The position numbers and the translations under genes are program-made. The notes beneath the pieces are model-generated. The model was not told where the DNA came from. It searched no databases and worked only from the letters and a program-made list of their open reading frames with translations. Below are positions 10,327 to 21,874 of a stretch of DNA of 64,000 nt, in pieces; the first letter of the stretch is position 1, and each line of letters starts with the position of its first letter. Source of the DNA: Leucoraja erinacea (Eukaryota). The DNA is taken from assembly GCF_028641065.1 (NCBI RefSeq), contig NC_073380.1, positions 93,806,001 to 93,870,000 of the forward strand, written 5' to 3'.

Positions 10327-12160
10327 TATTTCTAGAATTTTTATAAAAATCTAATTTTGGATATTTTAAGTTATGCAGTTCAATGTGAGTGGCTAAAAAA
10401 AGCAGAGTAGACAGCTAGACAAACCTGTAAATTTGGTAACAATAAAATCACCCCCCAACAAGAAACCATGAGGCCTAATTCAGGCTCACTATCAGCAGTA
10501 GGTGTTATCATGCCATGGAAATTGCAGACGTTTTAGGCAGAGTTTTGGAGCTCAAGAATTAGCGATTAATGCTAGAAATTGGAAGAGGTCTGAGAAGTCC
10601 AGCACCAATTGCAACCTGTAGCTTGCTTACTCCTTTCAAGGGCAATAATTAAAAGTAAATATATATTGATTAATTTAAATGAGAAATATAAATTGACTTT
10701 TGTAACCACTTCTGCCAAATCAAGGATGATTGTATCAGCACTAGTCTCACAAGGAATGGCATCCAACAGATTAAATGTTTCATTCTGCAAATCAGTGGGA
10801 AAGCAATCCAGCCAATTAGCTTGGTTGCAAAATTATTCTATTAGGCTCACTCTCAAGGCTATGACTTAGTGTAAAAGGGTCATTGAATAAAAAAAGACAA
10901 CACGGAGGTATGAACCTACTTCTCCACATTTAGTAAAGTTAATAACATTTAACAATGCATCAAAACGCAACAGATTTATTTGACAACTGAGAAACCTTGA
11001 ACTGCCAAACCCCAATGTGAAAGAATACATCATTAAGATTGAAGGGAGTAAGATGAATGACAACACAAACCAGAATACGACCCTGAAAATACAGTAAAAC
11101 CTTAAAGAATAGAGAAGTAAAGAAAGGGCAAGCAACACAATGTGTCATTTTCCAGACCTCAGAAAAGGGATCAAATTAACCTCTGCAACACAATTTTCTC
11201 TTGCGATTTAGAAAAATCTTTTGTCTAAATTGTATTATTCCGCTTTATATTATGGCCGCACAAAATGGGAAAAATATATTGTTTTGAAATTCATTGCCGA
11301 TATACCTGCGGCCATTCAGTCACTTATAAGAGAAAAGCTCACTGAAACATGACTGGAAGGGTTCTTTGCTTGACTCAATGCCTCCTGCCACGATTCTGAA
11401 ATGGATTTTCAGGCCAAATATAAAGCTGGATTATTATTTCCACATCACAAAGAACCAACTTTGAAGAAGCTGCTGGTCGGGGAATTAAAACGACAACAAT
11501 TCTTAAGGGGATAGAGATACATGCTTTAAGCTACATGGAGTCATACAGCGTGAAAACAGTCCTTTCGGCCAAACTTGCCCATGCCGAACAACATGTCCCA
11601 TCTACACTAGTTCCACCTGCCTGCATTTGGCCCATATCCCTCTAAACCTATCCTTTCCATGTACCTGTCTAAATGTTTCTTAAATGTCGTGATAGTGTCT
11701 GCGTCAATTATCTCCTCCAACAGCTCGTTCCATACAACCACTACCATTAGTATGAAAAAGTTACCAGTCAGGTTCCTATTAAATCTTTCCCCCCTCACCT
11801 TAAATCTATGTCTCTGGTTCTCAATTCCCCTATTCTAGACAAGAGACACTGTGCATTTACACAATTTATTCCTCTCATGGTTTTGGACAACTCTAAGATC
11901 ACCCCTCATCCTTCTGCACTCCATGGAATAGAGTCCAAGCCTCTCCATATAGCCCAGGCCCACAAGTCCTGGCAAATCCTCGAATATCTTTACGGCATCC
12001 TTTCCAGCTTGACAGCATCTTTCCTATAACAAGGAGCCCAAAACTAAACATAATATTCTGAATGTGGCCTCACCAACATTTTATGTAACTGTAGCATGAT
12101 CTCCCAACTTCTATACTCAATACACCGACTGATCATTGCCAATGTGCCAAAACCTTTTAT

Positions 12161-12705
12161 GACCATCCAGGAGCAGAAAAGACTTCAAAAAGTTGTGAAC
12201 ACGGCCCAGTCCATCACCAGTTCAGACCTCCCCACCATCGAAGGGATTTATCGGAGTCGCAGCCTCACAAAGGCAGCCGGCATCATCAGAGACCCACACC
12301 ATCCTTGCCACACACTCATTTCACCCCTGCCATCAGGAAGAAGGTACAGGAGCCATAAAACAGTAACGTCCAGATTCAGGAACAGCTTCTTCTACAGCCA
12401 TCAGGCTATTAAACACTACAACCTCAAATAAGTTCTGAACTACATAATAATTATTATTATTATGATTATTGCACTACTATTGTTTGTTTTTTGAGTATAT
12501 ATGAGTGTGTAAATATATATGTGTGTGTATATGTATATAGATATGTGTGCTAGTGTGTGTGTGTATATACCCATTGAACTTTTTTTCCTCTCTCTCGTTT
12601 ATCATATTGTTTACAGTGTACCATGTTTACATATTCTGTTGTGCTGCAGCAAGTAAGAATTTCATTGTTCTATCTGGGACATATGATAATAAAACACTCT
12701 TGACT
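12161..12705 (+). mobile_element. Rex1/Babar LINE 3' end nested in CR1
   Basis: LQKVVNTAQSIT...IIRDPHHPCHTLISPLPSGRRYRS...SRFRNSFF; 3' UTR ending aataaaacactcttgact. Confidence 0.85.
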
Positions 12706-13048
12706 ACCCTATCGGCCTGTGACACCCACTATCAAGGAACTATGTACCTGCACTCCGTGATCCCTCTGCTCTACAATCGTCCCCAGAGCCCCACCATTCA
12801 CCGTGCAGGTCCTGACCATGATAGACTTCCCAATATGTAATGCCTCACATTTCTCCATCAAATATGATTTCTCCATCATATTACAATTCATCAGCCATTC
12901 CTCAGGCCACCTGCACAACTGAACAAGATCCTGCTACACTCTTTGACAACCATCTACAATACCACCCACTTTTGTGTAATCTACAAACTTGCTAATCATA
13001 CCATGTACGTTCTCATCTAAATAATTGATATAGATGACAAACAGCAAT

Positions 13049-14560
13049 GGATACAAAGGATACAAAGGACATTTATTATCACATACACCAATTGGTGTAG
13101 TGAAATTTGACTTGCCATTGCAGCACACGAATAAAGATAAGACACAACATTAAAGAATTTAACAATAAACATAAAAACATCCCCCCACAATGGTTCCCAC
13201 TGTGAGGGAAGGCAGCAAAGTCCAGTCCCGTCCCCTGTTCACCCATAGTCAGGCCTATTGTGGCCTCCGCAGTCGCCTCTACAGCAGTCCGATGTTTTCA
13301 GGCCCTCTTGCCGGGAAGATGGAACACCGGCGTCGGGTGAACATTCCTCAGCGGCTTGGAATGTCTGGAGCAGCCGCTTCCTCCCCAGAGACTGCGGCAC
13401 CCAAAGTCCTCAGGCCACGTTGGTTGGAGCTCCGACTCTGGCGATCTCAGATCCCAGGCTCCGCGGTGTTTTAAATCCAGCGCTACCCGCGCGCGGCTGG
13501 ACGCTCGCAGCCACAGCTCCTCGATGTTGAGGATGCTCACCGTCGGCGGTCACAACACCCGGCGAGAGGGCCTAACACAAGGCGACCCTGCAGTGCTCGG
13601 AAGGCATCGACTACGGATGGACCGGAGTTGGCTGTCCTAAGGTGCCTTCTCACCTTGGTGCCATTTATGTTATGTTGTGTTGTGGTTTTTGTGTTTGTGC
13701 CGTTAAATTTTTAATTCAATTTCGTTTTATTATTTATTTCCAGTTTCTTGATTTTTTAAACGGCCGCGAAATATTTCGTTGTCTCAAAGTGAGGCAACGA
13801 CAATAAAATTTGAATACAATACAAGAATACAATACAAGAAAAACATCCCCCCACAATGGTTCCCACTGTGAGGGAAGGCAGCAAAGTCCAGTCCCGTCCC
13901 CTGCTCACCCATAGTCAGGCCTATTGTGGCCTCCGCAGTCGCCGCTACAGCAGTCCGATGTTTTCAGGCCCTCTTGCCGGGAAGATGGAACTCCGGCGTC
14001 GGGTGAACATTCTTCAGCGGCTTGGAATGTCTGGAGCGGCCGCTTCCTCCCCAGAGACTGCGGCACCCAAAGTCCTCAGGCCACGTTGGTTGGAGCTCCG
14101 ACTCTGGCGATCTCAGATCCCAGGCTCCGCGGTGTTTTAAATCCAGCGCCACCCGCGCGCGGCTGGACGCTCGCAGCCACAGCTCCTCGATGTTGGAGGC
14201 GGCGGTCACAACACTCTGGAGCTTACCACACGGCGACCCTGGTAGGGCATTGCCCGCTCCGTGTTGGTGTCCCAGCGCTGTGCCGCCGCCGAAGCTGGGG
14301 TTCCGGCCGGTCCCGACAGGAAACGCCGCTCCAGTCGGATGGTAGGCCGCGAGATCGGGGTGATGAAGCAGCTCGGAGGGAAGCCGCCTCTCCGACCAGG
14401 TAGGGACTACGAAATAAAGTTTCACCCTTCCCCTCTCCCCACCCATCACATAAAAGACTAGAAGACTTCCAAATCAAACACTTTTAACTCACTAAAAATA
14501 AAAAAAGGGTGAAAGGACTAACAGCTGCTGGCAGGGCAGCCATACTCGACGGCGCCCCCT
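13049..14560 (-). mobile_element. GC-rich non-autonomous retroposon with (GGATACAAA)2 tail and internal 357-bp duplication
   Basis: Interrupts CR1; minus strand ends aataaatgtcctttgtatcctttgtatcc; 13173-13529 repeated at 13839-14195. Confidence 0.65.
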
Positions 14561-15554
14561 ATGAATGGGGGCCTAGCACCGAATCCTGAGGCACACCACT
14601 AGTCACAGGCCTCCAGTCTGAAAAGCAAACATCGACCATCACCGTCTGCTTCTTTCCATAAAGCCTATTTCCTATCCATTCAGCTATCTCTCCTTGGACC
14701 CTATGCGTTCTAACCTTCCACAGCAGCCTATCATGTGGAAACTTGCAAATATATCTTGAAAGTATTCTGATAAAAATAATCATATTTTAGATCTTGGATG
14801 GAAGAAAAAGCATTTACAAAAATGCTTGTGCAACAAACCTTCTTCAATAATGTATAATTATCAATGGAAAAATGAGCTTCAAAATTACCAAACCATTCAT
14901 GTCAACATCAGAAAACAAAACCTACCTGGCATAAATGCTCATATAATCCATTTCAAGTGAAGTGCTTACATAAGATATGGATAAAATATCTGCATGTAAA
15001 CTAATTTTTGAAATTGAATTGTAGGCCAAGGCACCACTAGCACATTGAATCCATGTCAGGTTTTAAGAAAAAAACCATACCCTGCAAGTTTATTTTCTCA
15101 CTCCCTTTTCATTTTACTTTTAATTGCCTATGCATTGACCAGGCTTGTGGGTGGGGTTCCAGGGCATTATCACTGTGTAAAATAGTCCAATCTCACAAAT
15201 CTGTATCACTTGCCCAAAACCTTAAATCATTTCCTTACTCCTTGAACAATAAGCTAGTGGAAACAGATTTTCTTTGTCCACCTGACCCAAGAGAAAATCT
15301 TGAAAATATCAAATCTCCACTCAATCTCCTTTGTTCTTCTGAAAGCAATTGCCAGTTTCCCTAATCTAATCTTCAAATCTCTCATCTCTGGAACCGTTGG
15401 TGGAACACCTCTGCACTCTAAGAACCATCACATTATATTGACAATGTGATAATTACAACTGAACATCTTTTATCTCACCACTACAGCGAGAGTTCAGCAA
15501 AATACAATACTTTTATTCTCTGTATTCCATTTACAGTAATCTTATTTCCATTTG

Positions 15555-15686
15555 ATAAGTGTGTCAAAGGTTACGGGGTGAAAGCAGAAGAATGAGGTGG
15601 AGGGGAAAAATGGACCAGCCATGATCAAATAGCAGATTAGACATGATGGGCCGAATGTCCTAATTCTGGTCCTATGTCCAATGGTC
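15555..15686 (+). mobile_element. CR1 3' end
   Basis: ggttacggggtgaaagcag...atgggccgaatgtcctaattctg. Confidence 0.7.
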
Positions 15687-15809
15687 CATTTGTTATCTAT
15701 GATCTGCTACGCTTTACTAACTGTTCAATCATGACCTGCCAGCTTGAAAGATGTATGCACATGAAAAAATTGTGCCATTTTATTAATTTTGCTGCTCTGT
15801 TTTGCCACA

Positions 15810-16290
15810 CCTCTTCCATGGCGTACATAGACTGCTTTAGCAAGGACCAGCATCCATGACAATTTGCCTATCGCCACAATAGATCAACAGGTGACGCAAT
15901 CTTGCCGACTCTAGATCACTTAGACAATAATAACACACATCATACCGTTCTTCATCAACTACAACTCAGCGTTTAATTCCCTCCAAACTTATAAAATTCA
16001 GACAATTAGGTATCTTCTTATCCCCATGCGACTGGATCCTCTATATCCTTATTGGCACAACAATCAGTAGAAATTGGCAACACTTCCTCCTTGATAACGA
16101 TCGGCACAGGAGCACCTCAGTGCAGTGCTCTCAGTCCTCTGCTACACTCACTCTCTACCCCTGCATAGCCACAGTTCCAAAGTAGTATAAATTGACCAAC
16201 AATACTACTAATGTTGGACATGCAGTACATCACGAGTGAAAATCTCTTTGAATGGTGCCCAGTAAGACCAAGGAGCCGATTGGCAATTTT
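15810..16290 (+). mobile_element. Degenerate Rex1 reverse-transcriptase fragment
   Basis: Pieces read NRSTGDAI, LDHLDN, FINYNSAFN, PSKL, TGAPQ. Confidence 0.65.
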
Positions 16291-17107
16291 AGAAGGGGAA
16301 ACTTTAAATTCCTCCCATTTTCTACCAATTCCTCCCATCTAAGATGACGTAATGGACACTTGTGCAAAGTTTAACCAAAGATCAAGTTTTTCTCTTGAAT
16401 GGAAATTAAATGGAGCAACTTTATTTCATGAACTTTTAATATTTCTATACCAATGCCAAGAAGCTTGATTGGGCAATGTTTGTTTTCCCACATTATGTGA
16501 ATGATACCCAACTACACCTGAAGACACATTAACCATTTCCATTATTTCTGAACATGAACATCGCCCCGATAGATAGCTGTCCACCAGACATGATTTCTGT
16601 GCAGGCCAGAAATGGCACAATAATTAATCAATGCTCATTTTAGAGCAGTTTGGTGGCGGGCAATAAATATGTGCCTCACTTGACTTTTATCTCTTGACTC
16701 TTGAATATCCCATGCCATCCTCGTGGCACAAAACATTTTCCCCACTTGCTGATGCCATCCACAATCACGCAAGGTCTGGAGGCTAAACTCCTACCTTTGT
16801 TTAGCAAGATCCAGTCCATGACTAATCCAGTGCAGTCACAGTCTCCTATGGTCCCTTCTACTTCTTGCGTATGGCGTGCACATCCTAAAGTTGTAGGACA
16901 ACTTGTTCGATTTGATCTTATTTGATTGTGCACGTTGGGTTGTTTGCATTCGTTGAAAGGGCGGACCACATGAAAGTTGCAATCTTCCCACCCCAAAGTC
17001 CCTAACTGAGGCTTTGACCCAAGGACACTTCTGATATTTTGAAAGAGGTAGTCACAAATTGATCAATGATGGTTAAAAATCTGAAAATCTGAGCAACTTA
17101 AAGGATT

Positions 17108-17222
17108 CATAGAAACATAGAAAATAGGTGCAGGAGCAGGCCATTCGGCCCTTCGAGCCTGCACCGCCATTCAATATGATTATGGCTGATCATCCTAAAT
17201 CAGTACCCGGTTCCTGCTTTCT
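17108..17222 (-). mobile_element. CR1 3' terminus
   Basis: catagaaacatagaaaataggtgcaggagcaggccattcggcccttcgagcc. Confidence 0.8.
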
Positions 17223-17339
17223 TGGGCTCTACTGTGGAATGTAATTTAGTCTAACCTTATTCATAGGTAATCCAACTTAAAGCATATATATTGCCTTCAA
17301 GTGTAAGTTAAAAGACTCACTACAGTATGCACTATATTG

Positions 17340-17495
17340 CACAATTTCAAGGTTAAAAATGCAAAAGCCGCGTACCAATGGGAGTAGGGACACACCCTCC
17401 TCCCAACCCCCACACCCCCTCAGTCGCTATGCTCCCTCAGTCTTGGTCTCTCGCAGTTTCTCACTCCCAACTCTCACCCAATGTTGGCAACCCTG
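17340..17495. mobile_element. hAT-type MITE end
   Basis: Ends tgttggcaaccctg (reverse complement CAGGGTTGCCAAC). Confidence 0.5.
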
Positions 17496-17718
17496 ATGTT
17501 GTGACAGTAAAGTTCCGTTTAATATCTACAAGTTATTGTTAACATGGAGTAATCAAAAATGGGGGGGGGGGGGGGGGGAGAAATAATTCTGCGTTTTTGT
17601 TACTACAAAATTAAACTTTATGGTGCATATTTTTTATCTTTGTAATAAAATATTAAGTGCAGGCTAATTGTAAAATTTCACAAATGCTCTCAAAGCCCCA
17701 TACTAAGTTTTCTTTTAT

Positions 17719-18322
17719 AAACCATATAACCATATAACAATTACAGCACGGAAACAGGCCATCTTGGCCCTTCTAGTCCGTGCCGAACACGTATTCTCCC
17801 CTAGTCCCATCTACCTGCACTCAGACCATAACCCTCCATTCCTTTCCCGTCCATATAACTATCCAATTTATTTTTAAATGATAAAATCCAACCTGCCTCC
17901 ACCACCTTCACTGGAAGCTCATTCCACACAGCTACCACTCTCTGAGTAAAGAAGTTCCCCCTCTTGTTACCCCTAAACTTCTGTCCCTTAATTCTCAGTC
18001 ATGTCCTCGTGTTTGAATCTTCCCTACTCTCAGTGGGAAAAGCTTATCCACGTCAACTCTGTCTATCCCTCTCATCATTTTATAGACCTCTATCAAGTCC
18101 CCCCTTAACCTTCTGCGCTCCAAATAAAGACCTAACGTTCAACCTTTCTCTGTAGCTTAGTTGCTGAAACCCAGGTAACATTCTAGTAATTCGCCTCTGT
18201 ACTCTCTCTATTTTGTTGACATCCTTCCTATAATTGGGTGACCAAAATTGTACACCATATTCCAGAATTGGCCTCACCAATGCCTTGTACAATTTTAACA
18301 TTACATCCCAACTTCTATACTC
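17719..18322 (-). mobile_element. Young CR1 3' fragment with (AACCATAT)n tail
   Basis: LYKALVRPILEYGVQFWSPNYRKD...; very similar to 53217-53890 and 58434-58838. Confidence 0.9.
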
Positions 18323-18344
18323 AAAACAATATTAAAATTACTCC

Positions 18345-18530
18345 AAGAGGATGGGGACTGGACTTTGTGCCTTCCCCCACAGTGGGAACCACTGTGGGGG
18401 GATGTTATGGTGTTGAATTTCTTCTTGAATGCTATGTTGTATTTTTATTAGTGTGCTGCAAGGACATCTGAATTTCCCCTGAATGAGGGGATTAATAAAG
18501 TCTAATCTAATAAAGTCTAATCTAGTAATC
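18345..18530 (+). mobile_element. 3' tail of the GC-rich retroposon family, (TCTAA)n end
   Basis: gccttcccccacagtgggaaccactgtggggggatgtt matches the reverse complement of about 13177-13213; ends aataaagtctaatctaat. Confidence 0.55.
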
Positions 18531-19539
18531 TAAAATTGATCCAAGAGCTGAAAATGCTTTTAATGCTTCTTTAAAACTTTTAATGGGAAAAGTACTGGGA
18601 ATCCGAAAAGGAAAGTGAAGATGTTAGAAATACTCAAAAAAAAATCAGCAGCAGCTTCTGTGGATTTCATGTTTTTATCCAGGAATAGGCATCGATGTAA
18701 AACGTCAAGGTCTCTTTCGACAGATGTGTTTAACTCTATGAATATTTTCTTTATTTAGAAAGACCACATTTTTTTTGCGAATATTGTTCAAATCACTGAG
18801 CGGTTTGATGCGATGGAAAAATTATGGATACCCTACATCAAGCTTTTCTACCCCAAAACATACATTATTATCATTTGCAAATATGTCACCATAGAACAAG
18901 TTGCAGCAAAGTTCATATCAATTTTTTAAAACACTATTTTCATGGCCAAATAGTTCAAAGTACTTTTAAACAAAATAATGTTGTTTCAGGGTGGCATGGC
19001 AACTGGGAAGGGCTTTAAGATGTGGCATTTCTTCAGGTCTTTCTTTAAAATATATGCTTCCTTCATTACATTTGTAAACATAAAACATACCAGCATGTGA
19101 CATTATTATTCCATTTGATTACAATATTATATTAGCCTGATATCAGCTCCCTGACACATTCCATGTTCAATATCCGTCTGAGTGGTTCTTGTGTAGGTTC
19201 CAGTTGGTGTGCAAATGTGAGAGCAGTTTAAAACGTGGCCTTTTATTATACACATCCCTTTTTGTGATTGCACGCATGGACGCAAACCCTGGGTGGGACG
19301 GGGGAAGGCTGTTTTGAGAGGTGGGGGACAACCCCCCCCCCATGTTTTGTGAAACATGTTGCAGCAAACCTGCCTAGGAATTTTACATTTTTAAAAAGCG
19401 AATGATTTGAGTTGTTTTTCACTTGATTACTCTGAGACGAAAACGATTTGTTAACTACTACTGTTAGCTAACTACTGCCAGTAGTTAACAAGTAGTTGTA
19501 CAATGTGTGACCAATACATCGATATGCATTCCTCAGTAA

Positions 19540-20450
19540 ATCCTCATAGGCTCCAAATCCACACTCAGCAAAATTAATACCCCCACTCTCACCATCGACG
19601 GCACCACTGCCTCCCCATCTCCCCAGGCCCGCAACCTTGGCGTGATCTTTGATTCCACCCTCTCCCTTGAGCCTCACATCCGCCATGTCATTAAAACCTC
19701 CTTCTTTCGCCTCCGCAACATCGCCAAAATCAGACCCTCTCTCACACCTCCCGCTGCTGAAAGACTCATCCATGCCTTCATCTCCTCCCGACTGGACTAC
19801 TGCAACTCACTTCTCCTTGGCATCAGCTCCACCTACATCAACCGACTCCAACTGGTCCAGAACGCAGCCGCCCGACTCATCACCCACACCAAATCCTGGC
19901 ATCACATCACTCCAGTCCTCAAACAACTTCACTGGCTTCCCATCTCCCACCGGATCAACTACAAAATCCTGGTCCTCACCTACAAAGCCCTCCACCATCT
20001 GGACCCCCCCATATCTCACTGACCTCCTCTCCCCCTACCAACCCTCACGGTCCCTCAGATCCACATCAGCCGGTCTCCTCTCCATCCACAAATCCAACCT
20101 CCGCAGTTTTGAGGACAGAGCCTTCTCCAGGGCAGCTCCCAAGCTCTGGAACTCCCTCCCCCAACTGATTGCAATTCCGTGTCCCTCACCATCTTCCAGT
20201 CCCGCCTCAAGACCCATCTCTTCACCTCTGCCTATCCTTAGCCCCACGTACCCCTCCCTTTTCATCTGTGCTTGAATTGCCTCATATTGTGTTTTGAATT
20301 GAATTCTGTCTTTAATGTGTGTACTAGTCATGTCTACTATTTATTTCATTCAGCTTACGTGTTTTTCCTCTACTTGCTAAATTTTTGTAAGGTGGCCTTG
20401 AGACTCTTGAAAGGCGCCCATAAATAAAATTTATTATTATTATTATTATT
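19540..20450 (+). mobile_element. L2 LINE 3' end
   Basis: ARNLGVIFDSTLS...LIHAFISSRLDYCNSLL...LQLVQNAAARLIT...LHWLP; frameshift in C-run near 20005; AATAAA followed by (TTA)n tail. Confidence 0.92.
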
Positions 20451-20527
20451 AAATATAATTGTGTTTTGAGAATTTCTTAAAACTGTCATTAAGGGCTCCG
20501 GACCGCGAGCACGGGCTTCTTCCTAGC

Positions 20528-20657
20528 NNNNNNNNNNNNNNNNNNNNNNNNNNNNNNNNNNNNNNNNNNNNNNNNNNNNNNNNNNNNNNNNNNNNNNNNN
20601 NNNNNNNNNNNNNNNNNNNNNNNNNNNNNNNNNNNNNNNNNNNNNNNNNNNNNNNNN
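20528..20657. other. Assembly gap (130 N)
   Basis: Run of N. Confidence 1.
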
Positions 20658-20784
20658 AGGTTGGTTCTTCTGCTTGCCTTTATTTGCTTCAGTTTTATTT
20701 AGTCTTATTTATCACATTGTGGCTGTAGCTTTTGAAACATTTAAAAAGGTATCAGATTTTTAAAATTCATATAACATCCCTAAA

Positions 20785-20870
20785 TGTTGGCAGGTGGGTC
20801 TAGTGTAACTGGGACATGTTGGCCAGTGTGGGCAAGTTGGGTCGAAGTGCCTGTTTCCACACTCTATCAC
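20785..20870 (+). mobile_element. CR1 3' terminus
   Basis: ggcaggtgggtctagtg...gggcaagttgggtcgaagtgcctgtttccac. Confidence 0.65.
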
Positions 20871-21385
20871 CGTGACCTGCTATGTTTATGAGCACGTCTG
20901 CCTCCATGCTGAAAATCTCCAGCGCCAGTGTCAAGAGATACTTTCATGTCTGACTCCATTAATACAGAGCGGCTATGGAAGTAGGGAAAACTGGCACTGA
21001 CTGCGGTCCATGTGAAAGGTCAGCACCTACCAACAATGAAGACACTATGAAACCAGCTGCCGCATGCCCTTCACACAGGACGGGGTTTTAACTAGGCATT
21101 AAAAATCAAAAAAGAGTTACATTGATTTTTTTTTTTATGTTACAGGTATAAATAGTTCTTGCATTCGGGAACCTGATTAATTAAGTGGTGGGATTATTTC
21201 CCTGTCCTAACTATGCCTTTGCTTTAGCCGTTGGTTACATCCATTCCATCCCTCCCTCGCAAAGATGTGAGATTTCATTAAGAGCACACTTGGATGGATA
21301 GATGCAAGCAGCATGTAAACGTCTAGTGTCTCTTCCATGCGCGTAATGCATGAAGCCAATAAAATGAGACAAATGTCACACCAAA

Positions 21386-21622
21386 GATAGACACCAAATG
21401 CTGGAGTGACTCAGTGGGACAGGCAGCATCTCTGGAGAGAAGGAATGGGTGCGTTTCGGGTCAAGACCCTTCAGACTCAGTCTTCAGGTCTGAAGAAGAG
21501 CCTTGACGCGAAACGTCACCCATTCCTTCTCTCCAGTGATGCTGCCTGTTCTGCTGAGTTACTCCAGCTTTTTGTGTCAATTTTCGGTTTAAACCAGCAT
21601 CTGTAGTTCCTTCCGACACAAC
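21386..21622. mobile_element. Penelope-derived element, inverted pair of terminal repeats, 12-bp TSD
   Basis: About 21386-21478 is the reverse complement of about 21488-21585; TGTCACACCAAA at 21374-21385 and 21623-21634; CTGAAGA...GAAACGTC at 21490-21517. Confidence 0.8.
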
Positions 21623-21651
21623 TGTCACACCAAATAATTGTCCAGGTTGGC

Positions 21652-21874
21652 NNNNNNNNNNNNNNNNNNNNNNNNNNNNNNNNNNNNNNNNNNNNNNNNN
21701 NNNNNNNNNNNNNNNNNNNNNNNNNNNNNNNNNNNNNNNNNNNNNNNNNNNNNNNNNNNNNNNNNNNNNNNNNNNNNNNNNNNNNNNNNNNNNNNNNNNN
21801 NNNNNNNNNNNNNNNNNNNNNNNNNNNNNNNNNNNNNNNNNNNNNNNNNNNNNNNNNNNNNNNNNNNNNNNNNN
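21652..21874. other. Assembly gap (223 N)
   Basis: Run of N. Confidence 1.

Larger units (their letters stand above)
11535..14750 (-). mobile_element. CR1 LINE 3' part (RT C-terminus and 3' UTR), split by nested insertions
   Basis: Pieces 11535-12160, 12706-13048, 14561-14750 encode FSDWRPVTSGVPQDSVLGP, ISKFVDYTKVGG, WNELLEEIIDADTITTFKKHLDRYM. Confidence 0.85.

Noticed and set aside
13190-14449. Duplicated 80-161 aa ORFs as a tandem gene pair
   Set aside because: Chance frames in a GC-rich duplicated retroposon; open in several frames on both strands.
19642-20275. 126-aa and 208-aa ORFs as host genes
   Set aside because: Frameshifted L2 reverse-transcriptase C-terminus.
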